A DNA stretch of 64,000 bases from an uncultured Verrucomicrobia subdivision 3 bacterium. Lineage in GTDB: Bacteria > Verrucomicrobiota > Verrucomicrobiia > Limisphaerales > UBA11358. The notes below the pieces were generated by a model, which had not been told where the DNA came from, did no database searches, and saw only the letters and a program-made list of their open reading frames with translations. The position numbers and the translations under genes are program-made. The stretch lies in NCBI GenBank assembly GCA_903827955.1, contig CAIKKJ010000034.1:2946-66945 (forward strand), written 5' to 3'. Below are positions 24,895 through 34,122 of the stretch, piece by piece. The stretch's first letter is position 1. Every line of letters begins with the position of its first letter.

Positions 24895-26400
24895 TCATTT
24901 TTGCGGCGTCGACGCAAGCTTGCGTCCGATGAGATAAACGACGAAGGCCACGGCAAAGCCGATGAACCACGCGTAGTCGTAAAGGTGCGCGAGTGCTGCG
25001 GGAATGCTTTCAGCCGACAATGCTTTGATGTTCACGAGAAATCCGGGTAAGCTCGGCAACGCGCCCAGCACCAGCGCGAGCAGCGACACGAGACTAAAGC
25101 CGTTGGTGAAACGAAATTCTCCATCAGTCTTGTAGAGTGCGGGCACGTCTAGCTTGCATTTGCGGCAGACGAAATAATCCGCGATCAAAATCCCGCCAAT
25201 CGGTCCGAGCAGCGCGCTGTAAGCGATAAGCCAGGTGAAGATGTAACCGCTTGGGTCAGCCACGAGTTTCCACGGCATCATTAGCACACCGATTATGCCG
25301 GTAATGAACCCACCCAGCCGGAAGGAAATTTTGCCGGGCGCGAGATGCGAGAAATCATTCGCCGGCGAAACGACGTTCGCCGCGATGTTCGTTGCCAGCG
25401 TAGCGATGCACAATGCCAGCATCGCCAGCACCAGCACGGCGGGGTTCTGGAATTTCGTGAGCACCTCCACCGGATCCCAAATCGTCTGGCCGAAGATGAT
25501 GGTCGTCGCCGAAGTCACCGCCACGCCGATGAACGCGAAAAGCGCCATCGTCGTCGGCAGACCAAGCGCCTGGCCGATGACCTGGTCGCGCTGCGTTTTG
25601 GCGTAGCGCGAGAAGTCGGGGATGTTCAGCGAAAGCGTCGCCCAGAAACCGACCATGCCCGTCAGCGCGGGGAAAAAGTAGCTCCAGAATTTTCCCGCCT
25701 GCGGCTGCCCTGCGTCGAACTGCGACGGCTGCGATAGGATCGGTCCAAAGCCGCCAGCCGTGCGATACGCCCACCACAACAGCAGCAAACCGAGCGCAAT
25801 GAGCAGCGGCGCCTTGATGTTCAGCAGCCAGCGAATCGTTTCGATGCCGTGATAAATCAACCACATGTTGATGCCCCAGAAAAACAGGAAGCACAAAAAC
25901 TGTCCGCCCGTGATGCCCAGCCAGTTCGTCGCCGGTTCCGGATGCAGGTGAAAGATGACGACACAAATCTTGTAGATCGCCGCGCCACCAATCCACGTCT
26001 GGATGCCGAACCAGCCGCATGCGACGAACGCGCGGAGAACCGCCGGCACGTTCGCTCCCAGCGTGCCGAACGCAGCACGGCAATACACCGGAAACGGAAT
26101 TCCGTATTTCGTCCCGGCATGAGCATTGAGAATCATCGGAATCAGCACGATGACGTTTGCTAGAAAAATCGTCAGCACCGCCTGCCACCAGTTCATGCCG
26201 CCGCTGATGAGCGACGACGCCAGCATGTAGGTCGGGATACAAGCCGACATCGAGATCCACAACGCCGCGAAACTCAACGCGCCCCACTTGCGTCGTGACA
26301 TCGGCACCGGCGCGAGGTCGGCATTGAACAGTCGGCTCTGCGCGATGCCCGCTTCGACATCGGGAGCGTTCTCGGCCAAGCCGGAAGCGTTGGGGTTCAT
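24895..26400 (-). CDS. NCS1 family nucleobase:cation symporter (cytosine/uracil/hydantoin permease type)
   Basis: 501 aa with 12 predicted hydrophobic segments. The N-terminal L.N.DLAPVP...R.W motif is typical of NCS1. Confidence 0.8.
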   Translation of the reverse strand: MNPNASGLAENAPDVEAGIAQSRLFNADLAPVPMSRRKWGALSFAALWISMSACIPTYMLASSLISGGMNWWQAVLTIFLANVIVLIPMILNAHAGTKYGIPFPVYCRAAFGTLGANVPAVLRAFVACGWFGIQTWIGGAAIYKICVVIFHLHPEPATNWLGITGGQFLCFLFFWGINMWLIYHGIETIRWLLNIKAPLLIALGLLLLWWAYRTAGGFGPILSQPSQFDAGQPQAGKFWSYFFPALTGMVGFWATLSLNIPDFSRYAKTQRDQVIGQALGLPTTMALFAFIGVAVTSATTIIFGQTIWDPVEVLTKFQNPAVLVLAMLALCIATLATNIAANVVSPANDFSHLAPGKISFRLGGFITGIIGVLMMPWKLVADPSGYIFTWLIAYSALLGPIGGILIADYFVCRKCKLDVPALYKTDGEFRFTNGFSLVSLLALVLGALPSLPGFLVNIKALSAESIPAALAHLYDYAWFIGFAVAFVVYLIGRKLASTPQK

Positions 26401-26413
26401 GCGTGGAAAATTT

Positions 26414-26851
26414 TCATACGCCGATGTCCTCGTTCCACAACTGCGGTTTGGCCGCGATGAAATCCTTCATCATCTGGATGCACTCGGCGTTGTTCAGCAC
26501 ATCCACCTTTACGCCGTGCGAGCGCAGGTGTTCCTCGTCGCCCAAGAACGTGACGTTCTCGCCGACCACGACGTGCGGAATCTTGTAGAGCTTGATCGCG
26601 CCCGAACACATCGGACACGGCGACAGCGTGGTGTAAATCGTGCAACGCTCGTAAACCTTGGCGGGCAGACGACCGGCATTTTCGAGCGCGTTCATCTCGC
26701 CGTGATGAATGACGCTGCCGTGCTGCACGCGCTGGTTGTGACCGCGCCCGATAATCTTGCCGTCGCACACAAGGACGGAGCCGATGGGAATGCCGCCCGC
26801 AGCGAGGCCTTTTTTTGCCTCGTCAATTGCTGCTTGTAAGAAGAGGTCCAT
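26414..26851 (-). CDS. cytosine deaminase, Fcy1-type (CMP/dCMP deaminase zinc-binding fold)
   Basis: HGEMNALEN and TLSPCPMCSGAI zinc motifs are present. Close overall resemblance to yeast Fcy1 as I remember it (GRGHN.R...GS..HGE...LEN.GRL...VY...T.YTTLSPC.MC.GAI..Y.IP..VVGEN). Confidence 0.8.
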   Translation of the reverse strand: MDLFLQAAIDEAKKGLAAGGIPIGSVLVCDGKIIGRGHNQRVQHGSVIHHGEMNALENAGRLPAKVYERCTIYTTLSPCPMCSGAIKLYKIPHVVVGENVTFLGDEEHLRSHGVKVDVLNNAECIQMMKDFIAAKPQLWNEDIGV

Positions 26852-26856
26852 AAAAA

Positions 26857-28239
26857 TTAGAAATGACTTGGGTTGCGTTGCAGAAATTTCCCGTGGCCGT
26901 GCTTGCCGACGAATTTGCCATCACGCACGGCTACTTGCCCGCGCACGGTAACGTCGCTCGGGCGACCTTCGAGTTTCCAGCCTTCAAACGCGCTGTAATC
27001 GAGATTCATGTGTTGCGTCTTCACGGAGATTTTACCGCGATAGTCTGGATCGAATACCACAAGGTCGGCGTCTGCGCCGGGCTGGATCGTGCCTTTGCGC
27101 GGGAACAAGTCGAACGTCTTCGCGACCTGCGTGCTGGCGACGTTCACGAACGTGTGCAGGTCAATCTTCCCTGTCTTCACGCCGTAGGTGTAGAGCAGGT
27201 TGATGCGTTCTTCAAGCGACGGAATGCCGTTCGGGATTTTTGTGAAATCATTTTTGCCCATCTCTTTCTGCTTCCGAAAATCAAACGGCGCATGGTCGGT
27301 AGCGACGGTTTGCACGAGGCCGTCGCGGAGGCCGTTCCAGAGAATTTCCTGATTCCGCTTGTCGCGCAGCGGCGGCGACATGACGAATTTCGCGCCTTCA
27401 AACTTCGGCTTCTCCGCGTAAGTTTTATCGAGCGTGAGATACTGGATGAGCGTTTCGACCGCGACGCGCACCCCGCGTTGGCGAGCGGCGATGGCTTGGT
27501 CGAGCGCTTCCTTGCAACTCAAGTGAACAATGTAAGTTGCCGCACCGGTGAGTTCGGCAAAGGTCATCAAATGATGCACGCCTTCGGCTTCGACTTGAAC
27601 GGGCCGGCTCGGCTCGTGAAATTCTGAACCCGTTTTTTTTGCAGCAATCAATTCTTTGCAACGCTCACTGACCAGCGTTTCGTTCTCGCAATGCGCCGTG
27701 ACGATGACGCCAAGTTCCTTCGCCAGTTTGAGTGTGCGATAAAGCTCCGTGTCGTCCACGCCAAACGCGCCCTTGTAGGCGAGGAAGATTTTGAAGGAGC
27801 TGATGCCGCGCTTCACGATCTCGCGGAGTTGTTTCTCCGTCGTGTCGTCGAACTTCGTCACGCCCATGTGAAACGTGAAGTCGCACGCAGACTTGCCGAC
27901 GGCCTGTTTCATCCAAAGCTCAAAACTTTTGAGGGCGTCGTCCTTGCGCGCCGGACAGCACATCTCAATAAGCGTCGTCGTTCCGCCGACCAGCGCGGCC
28001 TCGCTGCCGGTGATGTAATCGTCCTTCGCCATCGTCCCCATAAACGGCAGATAAATGTGGACGTGCGGGTCAATGAAGCCGGGGAAAACAAATTTGCCTT
28101 TCGCATCAATTACCGTCGCGCCTTTCGGTGGCGTGATGCTGCGGTCAATGCGCGTTATGGTTTCGTTCTCGCAGAAGATGTCGGCCACGTAGCGTTCGCT
28201 CGCGGTTACAATTTCGCCGTTCTTGATTAAGAGACTCAT
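26857..28239 (-). CDS. dihydropyrimidinase / D-hydantoinase
   Basis: Amidohydrolase signature GFIDPHVH. Length of 460 aa and overall pattern are typical of dihydropyrimidinases. Confidence 0.85.
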   Translation of the reverse strand: MSLLIKNGEIVTASERYVADIFCENETITRIDRSITPPKGATVIDAKGKFVFPGFIDPHVHIYLPFMGTMAKDDYITGSEAALVGGTTTLIEMCCPARKDDALKSFELWMKQAVGKSACDFTFHMGVTKFDDTTEKQLREIVKRGISSFKIFLAYKGAFGVDDTELYRTLKLAKELGVIVTAHCENETLVSERCKELIAAKKTGSEFHEPSRPVQVEAEGVHHLMTFAELTGAATYIVHLSCKEALDQAIAARQRGVRVAVETLIQYLTLDKTYAEKPKFEGAKFVMSPPLRDKRNQEILWNGLRDGLVQTVATDHAPFDFRKQKEMGKNDFTKIPNGIPSLEERINLLYTYGVKTGKIDLHTFVNVASTQVAKTFDLFPRKGTIQPGADADLVVFDPDYRGKISVKTQHMNLDYSAFEGWKLEGRPSDVTVRGQVAVRDGKFVGKHGHGKFLQRNPSHF

Positions 28240-28250
28240 AATCTTTTTTA

Positions 28251-28330
28251 GACAGGATTAACAGAATTCACAGGATTTAAACCAGCGGACTCATTCGAAA
28301 ACAATCCTGCATAATCCTGTAAACCCTGTC
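28251..28330. repeat. REP-like palindromic element built from CAGGAT(T) units
   Basis: Left arm is GACAGGATTAACAGAATTCACAGGATTT. Right arm is AATCCTGCATAATCCTGTAAACCCTGTC. Lies directly after the mmsA stop. Its arm recurs at 44629-44656. Confidence 0.7.
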
Positions 28331-28331
28331 T

Positions 28332-29831
28332 TCACTTTTTCTCCGTGTGCCAAATATCGCCCTCGCCATAACTGAACCAGCGGCTTGTCGTCACCTTTTG
28401 TTGCGTGAAGAACTGCACGCCTTCGCGGCCTTGCATGTGCAGGTCGCCGAAGAACGATTCGTCCCAGCCGTTGAACGGAAACCACGCCATCGAAGCGGGC
28501 ACGCCGATGTTGATGCCGATCATGCCGGCCTTGGCCCTATGCTTGAACTCGCGCGCGGCCTTGCCACTGCGCGTGAAGATGGACGCGCCGTTGCCATACA
28601 TGGATTTATTCGCCAGCTCGATGGCCGCGCCCAAATCTTCCATGTGCATGACGTTCAGCACCGGGCCGAAAATTTCCTCCTTCGCAACGGTCGTGCCGCT
28701 TTGGACGTGGTCGAGAATTGTTGCGCCGACATAAAATCCATTCGGCGCTTCGGAAACTTTTACGCCGCGACCGTCGGCCAAAACTTTTGCGCCTTGCTGT
28801 TCGCCGATGCTGATCAATTCCTGCACGCGGTCGCGATGCTGGCGCGAAATGACCGCGCCCATGTCCGGCTGCTTCTCACGATCGGTCGGGCCGACTTTGA
28901 TGCGTTTGGTGGCTTCAACCAGCGTGGGCAGAACTAATTTCTCCGCCGCGCCTACTACCACAGCCGTTGAACCCGCCATGCAACGTTCGCCCGCGCAACC
29001 GAACGCAGCTTCGATGACGCCACGCGTGGAATTTTCCACATCGGCGTCAGGCATGATGATGACGTAATTTTTCGCGCCGCCATTGGACTGGACACGCTTG
29101 CCGTGCTTCGTGCCGGTCTCGTAGATGTAGCGTGCGATGGGTGTTGAGCCGACGAATGAAATCGCCTTCACCTTCGGGTGCGTCAGCAGCGCGTCCACGA
29201 CTTCGCGTCCGCCGTGAACGATGTTCAGCACGCCTTTCGGCAGTCCGGCTTTCTCAAAAAGTTTCGCGATCTTCAGAGCAGTGAGCGGAACTTTTTCGCT
29301 CGGCTTGAGGACGAACGTGTTGCCACACGCGATGGCGATGGGATACATCCAGAGCGGGACCATCGCGGGAAAATTGAACGGCGTGATGCCGACACACACG
29401 CCGAGCGGCTGGCGGATCGCTTCACAATCAATGCCACGCGCGATGTTCTCCAGCACTTCGCCCATCATCAGCGACGGCACGCCGAGCGCGAACTCAATGA
29501 CTTCCATGCCGCGCTTCACGTCGCCGCGCGATTCCACGAGCGTCTTGCCATGCTCGCGCGTATTGCTGCGGACGATCTCCTCGAAATGTTCCTCCATCAG
29601 CATCTTGAATTTGCCGAGGATGCGGGCGCGTTCGACTGGGGGCGTTTCCATCCATGCGGGGAATGCAGCCTGCGCGGCTTCGACAGCGGCATTGGCTTCG
29701 GCCACGCTGCCGACGGGACATTCAGAAATCACTTCGCCGATGGAAGGATTGAACACCGGCGTGCGCGCGGTGGAGGATTCAATCCATTCGCCGCCGATGA
29801 AATTGGGACAAGGTTCTAAATTTTTTGACAT
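28332..29831 (-). CDS. mmsA: CoA-acylating methylmalonate/malonate-semialdehyde dehydrogenase
   Basis: ALDH-family protein with FGCAGERCMA catalytic Cys. ATG 29831 (MSKNLEPCPNFIGGEW). Confidence 0.85.
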   Translation of the reverse strand: MSKNLEPCPNFIGGEWIESSTARTPVFNPSIGEVISECPVGSVAEANAAVEAAQAAFPAWMETPPVERARILGKFKMLMEEHFEEIVRSNTREHGKTLVESRGDVKRGMEVIEFALGVPSLMMGEVLENIARGIDCEAIRQPLGVCVGITPFNFPAMVPLWMYPIAIACGNTFVLKPSEKVPLTALKIAKLFEKAGLPKGVLNIVHGGREVVDALLTHPKVKAISFVGSTPIARYIYETGTKHGKRVQSNGGAKNYVIIMPDADVENSTRGVIEAAFGCAGERCMAGSTAVVVGAAEKLVLPTLVEATKRIKVGPTDREKQPDMGAVISRQHRDRVQELISIGEQQGAKVLADGRGVKVSEAPNGFYVGATILDHVQSGTTVAKEEIFGPVLNVMHMEDLGAAIELANKSMYGNGASIFTRSGKAAREFKHRAKAGMIGINIGVPASMAWFPFNGWDESFFGDLHMQGREGVQFFTQQKVTTSRWFSYGEGDIWHTEKK

Positions 29832-29840
29832 AAAAGTTTT

Positions 29841-29909
29841 GCCACAGAGACACCGAGGCACAGAGAATATTTATTTTGGGGAACTCTGCGTCTCTGCGCC
29901 TCTGTGGCT
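29841..29909. repeat. REP-like palindromic element built from CACAGAG units
   Basis: GCCACAGAGACACCGAGGCACAGAGAA ... CTCTGCGTCTCTGCGCCTCTGTGGC. Lies directly after the stop of the PreA-like gene. A second copy is at 41970-42039. Confidence 0.7.
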
Positions 29910-29916
29910 ATTATTT

Positions 29917-31047
29917 TTACCGCGCTAGATCATTTGACTGCTTTACGAAATCATCGCCACTCCATTCACCATCCGCCTGCACCATTTTCTTGGGCGCAGC
30001 AGCGGAGGCGGCTTTTTGCGCGGCTTTACGTTCGGTCTGGCGTTTCACGAGATCGGCGTGCGTGGTGAAATACGGAAGCGCCTTGCCCTTGAAATCGGCC
30101 AGCGTCTCGAACTTATGCTTGGCCATGAACGCGAGCAGTTCGTCGCACATCGGTTTGACGTGTTCGTAACCAAACTTCATCACGCCAGTGCAGACTTGCA
30201 CGGTGTCGCCGCCGAGCAAAATAAATTCCGCCGCGTCGTGGCCGCTTTCCACACCGCCGATGGCCGAGAGCGAGCGTCCGGGAAATTCTTTTTGAATCAG
30301 CGTCGCCACTTCCATCACCATGCGGAGCGCAATGGGCTTCACGGCCTTGGATGAATAACCGCCGGGCGTCGTGTAACCTTCCACGCTCGGCTCGGGGCGC
30401 AGTGTGTCGAGGTTCACACCGATAACGCTGCGGATCGTGTTGATGGCCGCGATGCCGTCCGCGCCGCCGCGCAACGCCGCGCGCGAAGGGTCTTCGATGT
30501 GTGTGATGTTCGGCGTCATCTTCGCCCAGAATGGAATCTTGGTCGCGCCTTTCACCCAGCCGCAAACTTCTTCGAGCACGTCCGGGTCTTGGCCCATCGC
30601 CGCGCCCATCTTGCGTTCCGGCAAACCGTGCGGACAGGAGAAATTCAATTCAAACGCCGCGACGCCACACGCCTGCGAGCGCTCGACCAATTCCACCCAA
30701 CGATCCTTGTTGTATTCTTCCATAATGCTCGCGATGAGCACGCCATCCGGGTGCAGGTCTTTGCAGCGTTTGAATTCGTCCTCCCACAACTTGAACGGGC
30801 GGTCGCTGATCAACTCGATATTTTCCCAGCCTATGACTTCGCCGCTCGTCGCGAGCAGCTTGCCGTAGCGAGGCGTGACGTTGACGACTTTGCTCGCGTC
30901 GAGCGAAACGGTTTTAGCGATGACCGCGCCCCAACCTTCCTTGAAGGCGCGAGAGATCACGTTGAGGTTTGTTCCCGGCGGGCCCGAACCGATGACAAAT
31001 GGATTGGGCAGTTTGAGTCCGTCAACGGTGGTGGCTAATGTCGACAT
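29917..31047 (-). CDS. dihydropyrimidine dehydrogenase catalytic (PreA/DHOD-like, FMN) subunit without Fe-S domain
   Basis: ELNFSCPHG...KMGAAMGQ and GGV.SG motifs of the DPD/DHOD family are present. The C-terminal tail has no Cys clusters. Confidence 0.75.
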   Translation of the reverse strand: MSTLATTVDGLKLPNPFVIGSGPPGTNLNVISRAFKEGWGAVIAKTVSLDASKVVNVTPRYGKLLATSGEVIGWENIELISDRPFKLWEDEFKRCKDLHPDGVLIASIMEEYNKDRWVELVERSQACGVAAFELNFSCPHGLPERKMGAAMGQDPDVLEEVCGWVKGATKIPFWAKMTPNITHIEDPSRAALRGGADGIAAINTIRSVIGVNLDTLRPEPSVEGYTTPGGYSSKAVKPIALRMVMEVATLIQKEFPGRSLSAIGGVESGHDAAEFILLGGDTVQVCTGVMKFGYEHVKPMCDELLAFMAKHKFETLADFKGKALPYFTTHADLVKRQTERKAAQKAASAAAPKKMVQADGEWSGDDFVKQSNDLAR

Positions 31048-31140
31048 ACGTTTAATTCCTTGTTAATCGTGCGTAACTTTTAACTCGCTTTGGCGGCAAT
31101 GGCGACAATAATTTTTCGGAAAAGGAAACCACTGGCGCAC

Positions 31141-32385
31141 ATGAATCCAATACTGAGCCCCAAACGCACCGTCGCCGAACTGAAGGAACTCCGCGCGCTT
31201 ACCGGCGATGCGAACGGCGCGCAACGCGTCGCCTTCACACCGATGTGGGTGAAGACGCGCGCGTGGCTGCGGGAAAAACTCGCCGGGCTGCCGTTGGAAA
31301 TGCACACCGATGCCGCCGGAAATTTTTGGGCCACGCTGCGCGGCGAATCGGAAAAATCCCTGCTCATCGGCGGCCACATGGATTCCGTGCCGAACGGCGG
31401 CTGGTTGGACGGCTGCCTCAATGTTATGGCTGGCGTAGAAATTCTCCGCCGCATCAACGCGCAATATAACGGCAAGCCGCCCGTTACGATTCGCTTGGTG
31501 GATTGGGCCGATGAGGAAGGTGCGCGATTTGGCAAAAGTTTGTTCGGCTCGTCGGCGTGTTCCGGCAATTTGAATCTGGACGAAGCGCGCGGCTTGAAAG
31601 ACAAAAATGGAATCACTTTGCCGGACGCCTTGAAAAATGTCGGCATTGATTTCGAGCGCGTGAAGGACAGCCACAAGGAACTCAAGAACGCCGCCGCTTA
31701 TATCGAATTGCACATCGAGCAAGGCCCGGTGCTGCTGGATTTGGATTTGCCGCTCGGCGCGGTGCTCGGCACGTTCGGCGTCGAGCGGCACGCCATCACG
31801 TTTCACGGCCAAGCCGCGCATTCCGGCAGCACACCGATGAACCGTCGCAAAGACGCATTTCTCGCTGCTGCCAAGATGAGTTCCGAAATTTACGCAATTG
31901 CCGAGCGCAGCGGCAGCGGTGTCTGCACGATTGGTTCTTGCATAACAAAACCAGGAATCGTCACGAGCGTGGTTGAAGAATGTCGCATCACTTTAGATCA
32001 ACGCCATCTGGATGCAGGAAAGCTCGCCTCCATGTTAGCCGAAGCTAAATCTGCCAGCGAAAAATTTGCGAAGGCAGGCAATGTCTTAGTTTCGTGGGAA
32101 CGCCTCTGGCAAATCGCGCCGCGTCCGTTCAACACCGAACTCATCGCGCTGTGCGACGAATCCATCCGCGAAACCTGCGGCCAAGTTCATCGCCTCCCCA
32201 GCGGCCCGTTGCACGACGCCGCCGAAGTCGCCGCCGCCGGTGTGCCGACCGTGATGATGTTCGTCCAAAGTTTGCACGGCATCAGCCACAACAAAATTGA
32301 GGACACGAAGGAGGAGCATCTGGAACTCTGCGTCACCGCCTTCGACAAACTCGCGGAGAAAACGATACGGTGGATTGAAAAATAA
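31141..32385 (+). CDS. M20-family carbamoyl-amidohydrolase (beta-ureidopropionase / allantoate amidohydrolase type)
   Basis: GGHMDSVPNGGWLDG, WADEEGARFG and FHGQAAHSGSTPM motifs are present. ATG 31141. Confidence 0.8.
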   Translation: MNPILSPKRTVAELKELRALTGDANGAQRVAFTPMWVKTRAWLREKLAGLPLEMHTDAAGNFWATLRGESEKSLLIGGHMDSVPNGGWLDGCLNVMAGVEILRRINAQYNGKPPVTIRLVDWADEEGARFGKSLFGSSACSGNLNLDEARGLKDKNGITLPDALKNVGIDFERVKDSHKELKNAAAYIELHIEQGPVLLDLDLPLGAVLGTFGVERHAITFHGQAAHSGSTPMNRRKDAFLAAAKMSSEIYAIAERSGSGVCTIGSCITKPGIVTSVVEECRITLDQRHLDAGKLASMLAEAKSASEKFAKAGNVLVSWERLWQIAPRPFNTELIALCDESIRETCGQVHRLPSGPLHDAAEVAAAGVPTVMMFVQSLHGISHNKIEDTKEEHLELCVTAFDKLAEKTIRWIEK

Positions 32386-32532
32386 CAACCGCAGTAACAC
32401 TAGAGTAGCATCGGAAGCGAGCGCTCCAACTCTGGACTACGACACGATTCCCCTGCCCTACGCCGGCCAGCCGATGCCCAAGAAAAAAACTTTGTCGGAT
32501 TTTCAACGGCGGTGGCGATATGCTTCGTGAGA

Positions 32533-34116
32533 ATGAGCGACCCCACTGCCACGCCCGACCACGAACTGCTCCGGCAATTCACCCGCGACCATTCGCAGGC
32601 CGCCTTCACCGCGCTCGTCCAGCGCCATGTGAATCTGGTCTATTCCGCTGCGCTCCGGCAGGTGCGCTCGCCGCAACTCGCCGAGGAAGTCGCCCAATCC
32701 ACCTTCGCCGATCTCGCGCGGGAGGCCGCCAAGCTCAAGCCCGACACCATCGTCACCGCGTGGCTGTATCAAGTAGCGCGGCGAACCGCCGTGGATGTCG
32801 TCCGCAAAGAATCCCGCCGCCAGTTGCGCGAACAAATCGCCGTGGAGATGAATGCTATGAACGCGACCGCCAACGAATGGACGCAAATCGAACCGCTGCT
32901 CGACGACGCCATGGCCGCGCTCGACGAAGCCGACCGCGCCGCCGTGTTGCTCCGCTATTTCGAGAACCAATCCCTCCGCGACGTCGGCCAGCAACTTGGC
33001 GTGGGCGACGATGCCGCGCAAAAGCGCGTGAGCCGCGCGGTGGAACGACTGCGGGAATTCTTTGCCAAACGCGGCGTCAGCGTCGGCGCGGGCGGATTGG
33101 TCGTCGTCATCTCGGCCAACGCCGTGCAAGCCGCGCCGGTGGGCTTGGCCGTTACCATTTCCGCCGCCGCGCTCGCGGGCACGGCGGCCACCACTTCAAC
33201 CCTCATTGCCGCCACCACCAAAACCATTGCCATGACCACACTCCAAAAAACTCTCGTCACCGCCACCGTGGCCGTGCTTGCCGGCGCGGGTATTTACGAA
33301 GCCCGCCAAGCCTCGCAGCTGCGCGAGCAAGTCCAGACGCTCCAGCAACAGCAAACGCCGCTGGCAGAACAATTGGACAAGTTGCAGAGCAGTTTCACTG
33401 ACGCAACGAACCGACTGGCGGATTTGCTGGCGGAAAATGCGCGGCTGAAATCAAATCCTTATCAGAGCGAGCTTTTGAAGTTACGTGGAGAAGTTGGTGT
33501 TTTGCGAGCTCAACTGGCCGATGCAAACAATACCAAGAAGCAGTCCGAACAACCGCCACTGGCAACGGCGCGTGAGTATTACAATCGGGCAAGTCAGCAT
33601 TCCATGAATCACGAGTATGAAGCGCAACTTGAAGATCTCAATAAAGCCATCGAACTCGACCCAACTATGTCTGAAGCTTACATGGAGCGCGGCAATCTTT
33701 ACTCCTCGAATTTACCGAAAGAAAAAGGTGGCGATGAAATGGCGGTGGCTGACTACACTCGTTGCTTGGAGATAAAACCGGATGATTTTTCGTCGCGCTG
33801 GAATCGAGCAAACCACTACAAAAGTTTGGGGAAACCCGACTTGGCCATCGCTGACTGGACAGCCATCATTCAAGGTGACGTTGATTTTTCACTTCAAGGC
33901 GAAGGGAAAACCAAGTCCATCGCTGGCGGATATTTTTGGCGAGGCGATGTCTATCAATACAGTAAGCGCGATTATTCCAAAGCCATTGCTGACTACACTG
34001 CAGCGTTGCAGCTAGATCCAAACAGGGAGTGGGCGCATCGCGAACGTGGGAAATGTTACGAACAACTTGGAGAGACTGAAAAAGCACAACAGGATTTTGC
34101 AATCGAGCCAAAATAA
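32533..34116 (+). CDS. ECF-type sigma-70 factor fused to TM segment, coiled coil and TPR repeats
   Basis: Region 2 is HVNLVYSAALRQV...; region 4 is AAVLLRYFENQSLRDVGQQLGVGDDAAQKRVSRAVERLR. A hydrophobic stretch, a Q/L-rich coiled coil and TPR-like repeats follow. Confidence 0.8.
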   Translation: MSDPTATPDHELLRQFTRDHSQAAFTALVQRHVNLVYSAALRQVRSPQLAEEVAQSTFADLAREAAKLKPDTIVTAWLYQVARRTAVDVVRKESRRQLREQIAVEMNAMNATANEWTQIEPLLDDAMAALDEADRAAVLLRYFENQSLRDVGQQLGVGDDAAQKRVSRAVERLREFFAKRGVSVGAGGLVVVISANAVQAAPVGLAVTISAAALAGTAATTSTLIAATTKTIAMTTLQKTLVTATVAVLAGAGIYEARQASQLREQVQTLQQQQTPLAEQLDKLQSSFTDATNRLADLLAENARLKSNPYQSELLKLRGEVGVLRAQLADANNTKKQSEQPPLATAREYYNRASQHSMNHEYEAQLEDLNKAIELDPTMSEAYMERGNLYSSNLPKEKGGDEMAVADYTRCLEIKPDDFSSRWNRANHYKSLGKPDLAIADWTAIIQGDVDFSLQGEGKTKSIAGGYFWRGDVYQYSKRDYSKAIADYTAALQLDPNREWAHRERGKCYEQLGETEKAQQDFAIEPK

Positions 34117-34122
34117 ATTCGT

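Noticed and set aside
31063-31821. 252-aa minus-strand ORF
   Set aside because: Antisense to the M20 amidohydrolase gene, which has clear metal-binding motifs.
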